A stretch of DNA of 64,000 nt from an uncultured Desulfobacterales bacterium (GCA_964513995.1 CAZEOQ010000001.1:144550-208549), one strand, 5' to 3'. Counted from the stretch's first letter, positions 50,371-57,858 are shown. Made by a program: numbers and translations. The notes: generated from the letters alone by a model not told the origin.

Positions 50371-51057
50371 TTATATCTCCCTGAAGTTTTTTTCAGGAGA
50401 TGTTATCTTCAAGTATATGATTCCAGAAAAAGATTCCAGAGGAACACGCCTTCTGTTTAATTTTAAGATAATACTTTTTGGATCTTTTACAATAACTTCA
50501 GCCTCTTTTATGACTTGCCAGCAGACATATTCTCCTGGACTAAGGTCGTATTCTACAGGACCATATTTATCTACGGTTATCTTTAACCATGTCTTTTTTT
50601 TTGTTTCTACTTCAAGAATAGCAGGAAAACTTACTTGTTTGTCAAGTAAAATCGGAACAAGTTGACTTACTTTTCTTTTATAGACATCTTGTTTTACGAA
50701 GAATCTTTTATAAGCAAAAAAAGCCATAATTATAGCTGCTATAAAAGCAATTGCTAAAAAAATAGGTAAAAAAGAAAAACTTCTTTTTTTTTCAAAAAAT
50801 GTCATTTCTTTTTTAAATCCGTATGCTTCATTATACAATTTTATAAGCTCTTCTGCATTAAGATTTAACATCTGTGCATAACTTCTTATAAATCCTCTTA
50901 CAAACACAGGAGGAGGAAGCTTATCCCACTGTTCATTTTCTAATGTCTCTATAACTTCTGGTCTCAGCTTTAGGACTTGTGATACCTCTTCTAAAGATAT
51001 CCCTCTTTTTTCCCTTTCTTCTCTAAGTATCTCCCCTGGTCCTTTTTTCTCTGCCAT
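50371..51057 (-). CDS. rodZ: RodZ-like cytoskeleton protein (HTH + TM + DUF4115-like)
   Basis: N-terminal Xre-type HTH LREEREKRGISLEEVSQVLKLRPEVIETLE, FVRGFIRSYA, a single TM (FLPIFLAIAFIAAIIMAFFA), and a C-terminal beta domain. Confidence 0.7.
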   Translation of the reverse strand: MAEKKGPGEILREEREKRGISLEEVSQVLKLRPEVIETLENEQWDKLPPPVFVRGFIRSYAQMLNLNAEELIKLYNEAYGFKKEMTFFEKKRSFSFLPIFLAIAFIAAIIMAFFAYKRFFVKQDVYKRKVSQLVPILLDKQVSFPAILEVETKKKTWLKITVDKYGPVEYDLSPGEYVCWQVIKEAEVIVKDPKSIILKLNRRRVPLESFSGIIYLKITSPEKNFREI

Positions 51058-51058
51058 G

Positions 51059-52015
51059 TCAGAACATTATTTTTATGTAAGACCTTTTCTTTAACTCATT
51101 TATCCATGAAGTATATCTTTTTTCTATCTCCTTATTATACAAAATCCTGTAAATGTAATCCCTAACTTCTTCTAAAGGCTTTACACCTTCAGCCTTCTTA
51201 TCAAGAACTTTTATTATCTGAATACCAAAAGGTCTTATTATAGGATCGCTGACCTCTCCAATCTTCATTTTTTCAACCAATCTTCTTATTTCAGGATCAA
51301 GATCCTCTATCTTAAAATATCCAAGATCTCCTCCACTTTCTGCTCCAGGACCTTCTGAAAAATCTTCTGCAAGTTCACTGAATTCTTCTCCTTCTTTTAA
51401 TCTTTCTATAATAACTTCAGCTCTTTTTTTCAGCCTTTCCATCTCTTCTGGATCATCTCTGTTTTTTAATTTAAGAAATATTGAAGCAATTCTTACTTTT
51501 TCTGCTGTCTTAAACTCATCCTTGTGTTTTTCATAATAATCTCTTATTTGCTCTTCACTTATAACGATCCTTGATCTTACTTCAAATTCTATAAGCTGCA
51601 TCCTCTCTATACTCTTCTTCACATACTTCCTGTATTCATCATAAGATACTCCACTTTTTTCTAACATCCTTATAAACTCCTCATGAGTAAGTCCCTGCTC
51701 TTCTTCTATCCTCCTTATCTCCTCATCTACATCAGTATCACTTACTTTTATCCCCAACTCCTTTACTTTCTTTTCAGTAAGTTTATCCTCAATAAGCCGA
51801 TTCAGTATGTTTTTGCATATCTTCCTGTATTTCTCTTCATCATTTTTTTTCAAAAAATCAGGATCTTTTCCTGTTATTTGCTTAACTTTTTTGTTCAGCT
51901 CATAAAGCGTAATAATATCTCCGTTTACTATTGCAACAATCCTGTTACATATTTCAGCACTTGAGAAGACAGGAAGAATAGTTAAAAAGAGAAAGAGAAA
52001 AAGACTACTTTTCAT
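51059..52015 (-). CDS. SurA-like periplasmic chaperone / parvulin-type peptidyl-prolyl isomerase
   Basis: The signal peptide MKSSLFLFLFLTILPVFSS begins at the ATG at 52015; the ORF-track extension to 52198 lies inside the upstream gene. SurA_N-like helical region plus a parvulin block GGDLGYF...GEVSDPI...FGIQIIKV. Confidence 0.75.
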   Translation of the reverse strand: MKSSLFLFLFLTILPVFSSAEICNRIVAIVNGDIITLYELNKKVKQITGKDPDFLKKNDEEKYRKICKNILNRLIEDKLTEKKVKELGIKVSDTDVDEEIRRIEEEQGLTHEEFIRMLEKSGVSYDEYRKYVKKSIERMQLIEFEVRSRIVISEEQIRDYYEKHKDEFKTAEKVRIASIFLKLKNRDDPEEMERLKKRAEVIIERLKEGEEFSELAEDFSEGPGAESGGDLGYFKIEDLDPEIRRLVEKMKIGEVSDPIIRPFGIQIIKVLDKKAEGVKPLEEVRDYIYRILYNKEIEKRYTSWINELKKRSYIKIMF

Positions 52016-52583
52016 AGGATTCAATTTCTTTAAGAAATTCAGAGGATGTGCAGATCCTGAAAAGAGGGTATAGTGCATTCTTTCTGTAACAGCTAAGGAT
52101 ATTTTTGTGAATCTCTGGTGTTGGTGCTGCACAGCAGTCTTCAAGTATAACAGTCTTAAAGTTATGGCAGATAGCATCAAATGCTGTTGCAAGGACACAG
52201 AAGTTCGTAGTTATTCCGCATACAGCACAAAGTGTTACTCCTTTTTCTCTTAACCACCTTTCCAGGTCTGTCTTAAAAAAAGCAGAAAATCTTGGTTTTG
52301 GAAGCCAAAGATCCTCATCTTTCTTTTCAAGCTCATCAGCTACTTTTGCTCCTTCTGTTCCGCGGATAGAATGGGGCTTCATCTTTCCCTTAAAAAGAAA
52401 ATCATCCTCCTCAAATGCATCTGTAGAAAATACTATAGGAAATTTCCTTTTCCTGAACTCTCTTATCATTTTATTTATCGGCTCAACAATCATCTTTGCA
52501 TACTTTGTTATAGCATGTCCTTTGCTCTCATCAAGATTATCCTTTACCATGTCTATTACGAGAAGTGCTGGAAATTCCATCAT
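52005..52583 (-). CDS. isochorismatase-family cysteine hydrolase (nicotinamidase-like)
   Basis: ALLVIDMVKD, a conserved Lys region, and catalytic Cys in VCGITTNFCV. Confidence 0.8.
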   Translation of the reverse strand: MMEFPALLVIDMVKDNLDESKGHAITKYAKMIVEPINKMIREFRKRKFPIVFSTDAFEEDDFLFKGKMKPHSIRGTEGAKVADELEKKDEDLWLPKPRFSAFFKTDLERWLREKGVTLCAVCGITTNFCVLATAFDAICHNFKTVILEDCCAAPTPEIHKNILSCYRKNALYPLFRICTSSEFLKEIESYEK

Positions 52584-53707
52584 TTCCTCCTTAGTTTTTT
52601 TATTTGAGAGATGATAAGTTCTGCTGCTCTTTCAATCTGTTCCATACTGTTAGTCCTTCCTGTGCTGAACCTTAAAGCTCCTATTGCAACTTTTTCTTCT
52701 ACTCCCATTGCAGAAAGCACATGAGAAATAGTATTTTTTCCTTCATGACATGCTGAACCTGTTGATGCAATAACTTCTGGAATACCTCTTAAGACTTCCT
52801 CTCCAGGAATTCCAGGAACAGATACATTCAGTGTATTTGGTAGCCTTTTTTCTGGATGACCATTCAGGACAAGATCATCTATCTCAGAAAACAGTATCTC
52901 CTGAAGTCTGTCTCTCATCCTCTTCATATTTTCCATGTCTTCCTTAAGCCTTCTTTTTGCAACAGAACAGGCAACTCCAAAAGCAGAAGAAAAGATCACA
53001 TTTTCTGTTCCTGATCTGAGTCCTCCTTCCTGACCTCCTCCGTGAAGAAGTGGTTCAAGCCTTATACCTCCTCTTACATAAAGTGCTCCTATTCCTTTTG
53101 GTGCATAAAGCTTGTGTCCTGCAATTGTAAGGAGATCTACATTAAGTCTATTCACATCAACAGGAATCTTTCCTACTGCCTGAGATGCATCTGTATGAAC
53201 AGGAATTCCATACTCCTTTCCAATTTTCCCTATCTCTTCTACTGGTTCAATTGTTCCTGTTTCATTATTTGCAAGCATTATACTTATAAGCTTTGTCTCT
53301 TTTCTTATCTGTTTTCTCACATCATCAGGATCAACGATTCCATATCTGTCAACTTTCAAAACAGTCAACTTTACTCCAAGCTTCATAAGATAAAAAGCTG
53401 GATTTAGGACAGATGGATGTTCCACAGCAGAAATAATTATGTGATTCTTTTCAGGCTCTTTTAGATCAACAATCCCCTTCAGGACCATATTATTTGATTC
53501 TGTTCCACACGATGTAAATATTACCTCATCTGGTTTACATCCTATAAGATCAGCAACACTTCTTCTTGCAAGCTCTATCTTCTCCTTTGCCTGTTTTCCA
53601 AAAAAGTGTGTGCTTGATGGATTTCCAAAGATATTAAAACAGTTTTCTATTTCTCTTTTTACATGTGGATCAAGTGGTGTTGTTGCATTGTGATCAAGAT
53701 AAATCAT
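52580..53707 (-). CDS. cysteine desulfurase (NifS/IscS class)
   Basis: MIYLDHNATTP, PLP-Lys context IAGHKLYAPKGIG, and the active-site loop GSACHEG. Confidence 0.9.
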   Translation of the reverse strand: MIYLDHNATTPLDPHVKREIENCFNIFGNPSSTHFFGKQAKEKIELARRSVADLIGCKPDEVIFTSCGTESNNMVLKGIVDLKEPEKNHIIISAVEHPSVLNPAFYLMKLGVKLTVLKVDRYGIVDPDDVRKQIRKETKLISIMLANNETGTIEPVEEIGKIGKEYGIPVHTDASQAVGKIPVDVNRLNVDLLTIAGHKLYAPKGIGALYVRGGIRLEPLLHGGGQEGGLRSGTENVIFSSAFGVACSVAKRRLKEDMENMKRMRDRLQEILFSEIDDLVLNGHPEKRLPNTLNVSVPGIPGEEVLRGIPEVIASTGSACHEGKNTISHVLSAMGVEEKVAIGALRFSTGRTNSMEQIERAAELIISQIKKLRRK

Positions 53708-53716
53708 GCCGGTATT

Positions 53717-53745
53717 AGAATACTACACAGCTGTTTTCTTGACAA
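53717..53745 (-). promoter_or_regulatory. putative promoter of the cysteine desulfurase operon (TTGTCA-17-TATTCT, 9 nt before ATG)
   Basis: On the minus strand: TTGTCA (complement of 53740-53745), 17-nt spacer, TATTCT (complement of 53717-53722), then aataccggc and the ATG. No SD. Confidence 0.35.
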
Positions 53746-53767
53746 GTATTCTTTGAAAAAAGATAAT
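53739..53767 (+). promoter_or_regulatory. putative promoter of the ACP-like gene (TTGACA-17-GATAAT, 7 nt before ATG 53775)
   Basis: TTGACA at 53739-53744, 17-nt spacer, GATAAT at 53762-53767, then ctttcag and the ATG. No SD. Confidence 0.45.
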
Positions 53768-53774
53768 CTTTCAG

Positions 53775-54173
53775 ATGCTTGAAAAGATAAAAGACATAGT
53801 TGCAGAGATCCTGAACATAGACAAAGGAAAAATTGATCCTGAGACAGATCTTATAAGAGACCTTGAAGCAGAATCAATAGATCTTCTTGAGATTGCACTT
53901 TCTCTGGAAAAGGAATTTGGAATAAAGGTTGACGAAAACAAGATATTTCTTAAATCTCTGAGATTTTACATAGATGAAGCAAAAGAAAAAGGAAAGGATG
54001 TTATAAGCTACCTAAGAGAAAAATATCCTTTTCTTGAAAGAGAAAGGATAAAACAGATTGCAGAAGAGGCAAAAAAACAGAAGATCCTTCCTTCTGTAAA
54101 AATAAAAGACCTGATCTCATATGTGCAATATAAAAGAGCTCATAAAGAGGAGAAGGAGTATAAGGAGGTATAA
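53775..54173 (+). CDS. acyl/peptidyl carrier protein-like (PP-binding) with ~50-aa Lys/Glu-rich C-terminal extension
   Basis: N-terminal ~80 aa fit the ACP pattern: IKDIVAEILNIDKGKIDPETDLIRDLEAESIDLLEIALSLEKEFG, with Ser in the D/E-S-I-D-L context. At 132 aa it is unusually long. Confidence 0.75.
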   Translation: MLEKIKDIVAEILNIDKGKIDPETDLIRDLEAESIDLLEIALSLEKEFGIKVDENKIFLKSLRFYIDEAKEKGKDVISYLREKYPFLERERIKQIAEEAKKQKILPSVKIKDLISYVQYKRAHKEEKEYKEV

Positions 54174-54717
54174 AAAAGAGGTTCCGTCTGAGGAACTGAT
54201 AAAAGAATGTCTTTTATGTGCTATTTGGGCTCCTTCTCCTTTAAATGTTCAGCCTGTAAGGTATATCCGAATAGTTTCGGATGATGTAAGAAAGAAGATC
54301 TGGAAGAGTCTTGTTAAAGGAAAAGAGGATATTTTAGAAAAAACAGAAGAAAGGACAAAAAAATGGATAAAGATATATTGGGAAAGATACTGTAAGTTTA
54401 TGTTTGAAGCACCTGTCCTTTTTGCCGTATGTGTTAAAAAAGAAAAGAAGATGCTTTCTGAAAGGTTATTAGGTCATCCTGATCGTTCCCTGGACATATC
54501 CGTTGGACTTTCTCTTTCTAATTTTATCCTCAGAGCAGAAGAGCTTGGACTTGGAACATGCATTCTTACAGCTCCTTTTTTGTTTGTAAAAAACATAGAA
54601 GATATCCTGGGAATAAAAGATCTTTCTGTAAGATGTTTCCTCACTTTGGGATTTCCTGAGCAGATTCCAGATCCACCAGAAAGATATCCTGTTTCAGAGA
54701 TATACAGAAAGATATGA
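54121..54717 (+). CDS. nitroreductase-family FMN oxidoreductase
   Basis: The N-terminal IKRRRSIRRYKK...APSPLNVQPVRYI signature. It overlaps the carrier-protein ORF by 53 nt and the next gene by 4 nt. Confidence 0.8.
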   Translation: MCNIKELIKRRRSIRRYKKEVPSEELIKECLLCAIWAPSPLNVQPVRYIRIVSDDVRKKIWKSLVKGKEDILEKTEERTKKWIKIYWERYCKFMFEAPVLFAVCVKKEKKMLSERLLGHPDRSLDISVGLSLSNFILRAEELGLGTCILTAPFLFVKNIEDILGIKDLSVRCFLTLGFPEQIPDPPERYPVSEIYRKI

Positions 54718-55847
54718 ACATTTTTGAAAAGATTGAAAAAAAGCTTTTCTTTTACAAAAAAGAAAAACTCTACAGATCTCCTTATAAGATAGAGGAAAGA
54801 CAGGGGAAATATGTGATCATAAAAGGAGAAAAGCTTCTCAGCTTTTCTTCAAACGACTATCTTGGACTTGCTTCTTCTGGAAGGATAAACAAAATTGTAT
54901 CAGATGCCTTCCTGAAATATGGTCCATCTTCTTCTTCTTCAAGACTTATCTCAGGAAACTATTCTCTTATAGTTGAAAGTGAAAAAAAGTTTGCAGAATA
55001 TTTTGGATATGAAGATGCAATCTTTTTTCCAAGTGGCTATCAGGCGAACATTGCTCTTATATCCTCTCTTTTTGAAAAAGATGACATAATAGTCTTTGAT
55101 AAGCACTGTCATTCAAGCATAATAAAGGGGATACTTCTAAGTGGTGCAAAATATTTTGGATTTAATCATAACAGCATAGATCATCTAAAAAAAAGACTTT
55201 CAAAGCTTAAAGGAAGCGTATCTCTTATAACGGAATCTCTTTTTAGCATGGATGGTGATCTTTTGGATAAGGAAGGAATAAAAGAGCTGAAAGAAAAATA
55301 TGGTTTTCTTTGTATAGTAGATGAAGCACATTCTTTTGGAGTTCTGGGAGAAAAGGGAAAAGGAATAGCAAGAGATGTAGCAGATGTTGCTGTTGGGACA
55401 TTTGGAAAGGCATTTGGATTTTTTGGTGCATTCCTTCTTCTTCCAAAAAAGATAAAAGAATATCTCTTTAACTTCTCCCATCCTCTTATCCATTCTACAG
55501 CTCTTCCACACGCACATGCAGAAGCAGCAAGCAGAATTCTTGATGAAGTAGAAAGAGCTGAAAAACAGAGAAAAAAACTCCTTAGCCTTGCTTCTATCTT
55601 AAGGAATAGACTGAAAGAAGAAGGCTTTATAGCAAAAGGAGATGCTCAGATAATTTCTCTTTTTATAGGAGATGAAGAAAAAAGCTTGGAAGTGTCTAAA
55701 AAGCTCTTAAAACTGGGCATATTTATCCCTCCTGTAAGGTATCCTACTGTTCCTCTTAAAAAAGCTATACTGAGAATAAGTGTTACTGCACTTCATGATG
55801 AGGAGGATATAGGGATTCTTATCAGAGCATTGAAAGAGTCATATTGA
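54714..55847 (+). CDS. bioF: alpha-oxoamine synthase family enzyme (8-amino-7-oxononanoate synthase BioF-like)
   Basis: SNDYLGL, SGYQANI, DEAHSFGVLG, PLP-Lys GTFGKAFG, and C-terminal RYPTVPLKKAILRISVTALH (compare the E. coli BioF IRPPTVP...ARLRLTL pattern). No other bio genes are in the window. Confidence 0.7.
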   Translation: MNIFEKIEKKLFFYKKEKLYRSPYKIEERQGKYVIIKGEKLLSFSSNDYLGLASSGRINKIVSDAFLKYGPSSSSSRLISGNYSLIVESEKKFAEYFGYEDAIFFPSGYQANIALISSLFEKDDIIVFDKHCHSSIIKGILLSGAKYFGFNHNSIDHLKKRLSKLKGSVSLITESLFSMDGDLLDKEGIKELKEKYGFLCIVDEAHSFGVLGEKGKGIARDVADVAVGTFGKAFGFFGAFLLLPKKIKEYLFNFSHPLIHSTALPHAHAEAASRILDEVERAEKQRKKLLSLASILRNRLKEEGFIAKGDAQIISLFIGDEEKSLEVSKKLLKLGIFIPPVRYPTVPLKKAILRISVTALHDEEDIGILIRALKESY

Positions 55848-55856
55848 CCAAGATGA

Positions 55857-55886
55857 TTGAATTTAATGAAGAAAAAGTTTTAAAAT
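55857..55886 (+). promoter_or_regulatory. putative promoter of the R-M operon (TTGAAT-18-TAAAAT)
   Basis: TTGAAT at 55857-55862 and TAAAAT at 55881-55886. A ~30-nt leader carries SD AGGTGG (55908-55913), 8 nt before the GTG at 55922. Confidence 0.35.
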
Positions 55887-55921
55887 CTAAAAAAAATTTT
55901 TTAAGATAGGTGGAACAATAA

Positions 55922-56878
55922 GTGATATGTGAGTTTCCCGATAATGAAACAAAGTTCAAAGTTGTAATAGAGAAAAATACATTTTACTTTCAGAATGTAG
56001 AGTTTGAGGAAGAGCATGAAGCTTATGTATCTTCTTTAGTTCAAAACCTTTTTATTCTCAAAAATAAGGTTGAACAGAGAGGATTAAAAGAAGATGTTTT
56101 TGTAGAGCATATTATGAATATGGAAGATGGATTAGAGGCTTTATTGACTCTTACAGGATTCTCAAAGGAAAGTTTACTACGGTTAATAACATTTATCAGG
56201 ATTGTGAATGATAAGGAGTTAAATAAAGTTGTAAATAAAGATTATTGGCCAAAAGAAGATCTTGAAAGAGAATGGTCTTTAGAAAAGATTAAGTCATATG
56301 TGAGGAGTAATAGAAAATTTGCAGAAGGAATAGTCAATTTATTTTTTAAAGGTTCAACAGTTCCTCTCTTAAGAAGGGTAATACCGCTTTTTGAATTCAA
56401 GAAACTTGATATAAATAAACTCAATTTCTCAACAGAGTCTCTTATAGATACAATAGTTCGGTATAAGACTAAAGGCTCTTATGCTGCAAGTAAAGGTAAC
56501 AATCCTGAGGTAGTAATTGAAAAAATTTTGAATGAACTTCAGTATCCATTTAAAAAAGGGAAATTAAAAAAAATACCGCGGACATTAGATTTTATAATTC
56601 CAAGTAAAATTTCTCCAAAGATAATTATTGAATGTTCCTATGTAGTTACTACAAGTTCTGGAATGGGAGATAAAGCTAAGACTGAACAAAAAGTAGCAGA
56701 AGCGATCAAGAAATATTATCCAGATGCTCTGTTTATTGGTTTTGTAGATGGAATTGGATGGTATGTAAGGAAAGGAGATTTAAGAAGGATGGTTAAGGCA
56801 TATGACTTTGTGTTCACTTTTAAAGCAGAGGAACTTAGTAAGTTTAAAAAATTGTTAAAGAAAGTAATGGAAGGATAA
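55922..56878 (+). CDS. putative type II restriction endonuclease (PD-(D/E)XK-like; C-terminal layout reminiscent of the DpnII/MboI family)
   Basis: It sits directly upstream of a DNA methyltransferase gene in the same operon. The C-terminal block RTLDFIIPSK...KIIIECSYVVTTSSGMGDKAKTEQ...FIGFVDGIGWYVRKGDLRRM parallels my recollection of DpnII (RFDFVI...LIEVNFYSGSGSKLNE...WITDGQGWYKAKNNLRE). The family assignment is from memory, not from a search. Confidence 0.45.
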   Translation: MICEFPDNETKFKVVIEKNTFYFQNVEFEEEHEAYVSSLVQNLFILKNKVEQRGLKEDVFVEHIMNMEDGLEALLTLTGFSKESLLRLITFIRIVNDKELNKVVNKDYWPKEDLEREWSLEKIKSYVRSNRKFAEGIVNLFFKGSTVPLLRRVIPLFEFKKLDINKLNFSTESLIDTIVRYKTKGSYAASKGNNPEVVIEKILNELQYPFKKGKLKKIPRTLDFIIPSKISPKIIIECSYVVTTSSGMGDKAKTEQKVAEAIKKYYPDALFIGFVDGIGWYVRKGDLRRMVKAYDFVFTFKAEELSKFKKLLKKVMEG

Positions 56879-56907
56879 ATTAAATTCGCTTAAAAGGTGG
56901 TGAAGAT

Positions 56908-57858
56908 ATGGGATTTAAAAATATAGAAAATTTTATTAACAGAGTGATCCAAGGAGATGCAATAGAAATACTACGACAAATTCCAGATAACTCAGTAGAT
57001 ATGACTTTTGCAGATCCGCCATTTAATTTAGGTAAAAAATACAACAGCTATTATGATAAAAAAGATGTAGATGAATATATAAAATGGTGCAAGCTATGGC
57101 TGAAAGAGATGGTCAGAATTACTAAGCCAACAGGTTCAATATTTGTCCATAACATTCCAAGATGGCTTACATATTTTGCTTCGTATCTTAATGAAATTGC
57201 TTATTTCAGACATTGGATAGCATGGAATGCAATGGGTGCACCATTGGGAAAGACATTGTTACCAAATCATTATGGAATTTTATGGTATACTAAGCAACCA
57301 AAAGGTTTCAAGTTTTATGACATTCGTAGTGCTCATCCTAGATGTAGAAAATGTGGAATTATTTTACAAGACTATGGAGGGAAAAAAAATCAAATGCATT
57401 CTTATGGGCCATTAGTTTCAGACATATGGACTGATATCCATAGAATAAGACATAAAAAAAGAAGAGATGAGCATCCCTGTCAGTTACCAGTTCCATTGTT
57501 AGAAAGATTGATTTTAATGACTACTGACGAAGAAGATATTGTTCTTGATCCATTTGTTGGAACTGGAACAACAGCAATAGCTGCAAAAAAATTAGGAAGA
57601 AAATACATTGCTATTGATATAGATCCTAAATATGTAGAAATGACAAAGGAAAAATTAAAATCTGTTAGACCTACTAAAGTTAATGGTTGCTATGTAAGCA
57701 TATATTTGGGAAAAATAGTTACTCTTAGAGATAAAGATTGGGAAAAGATAAAAGAATCTTTTATAATCCCATCTGATCCAAAAGAGTTAGAGAAAAAAGA
57801 GATAAAACTGAGAAAATATCCAGAAATACCTTTTTTATTTAATAGAGATTCACATTAG
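56908..57858 (+). CDS. beta-class DNA methyltransferase (N6-adenine or N4-cytosine)
   Basis: Catalytic motif IV FADPPFNL lies near the N-terminus and SAM motif I VLDPFVGTGTTAIAA near the C-terminus, which is the beta-class permutation. HPCQLPVPLLERLI is also present. SD aggtggtga. Confidence 0.85.
   Translation: MGFKNIENFINRVIQGDAIEILRQIPDNSVDMTFADPPFNLGKKYNSYYDKKDVDEYIKWCKLWLKEMVRITKPTGSIFVHNIPRWLTYFASYLNEIAYFRHWIAWNAMGAPLGKTLLPNHYGILWYTKQPKGFKFYDIRSAHPRCRKCGIILQDYGGKKNQMHSYGPLVSDIWTDIHRIRHKKRRDEHPCQLPVPLLERLILMTTDEEDIVLDPFVGTGTTAIAAKKLGRKYIAIDIDPKYVEMTKEKLKSVRPTKVNGCYVSIYLGKIVTLRDKDWEKIKESFIIPSDPKELEKKEIKLRKYPEIPFLFNRDSH

Noticed and set aside
52016-52198. A 61-codon N-terminal extension of the SurA-like ORF in the ORF track. 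Similar extensions occur at 35360-35419 for htrA and 42888-42998 for tsaC.
   Set aside because: The extensions run through the upstream genes' coding sequence and precede obvious signal peptides or conserved N-termini. Internal ATGs (52015, 35359, 42887) give the biologically sensible proteins.
55889-55902. An A8T6 tract at the left border of the R-M island, considered as a terminator or an integration (att) remnant.
   Set aside because: It has no GC stem, so it is not an intrinsic terminator. No matching copy exists at the right border (58840-58845), so there is no evidence for a direct-repeat junction.
56566-57389. A8 homopolymer tracts inside the REase (56566-56573) and MTase (57382-57389) genes, considered as phase-variation switches.
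   Set aside because: A-runs of 7-9 are common throughout this AT-rich, Lys-rich genome (e.g. 32108-32116). Eight is below the length usually associated with slipped-strand phase variation, and both frames are intact.
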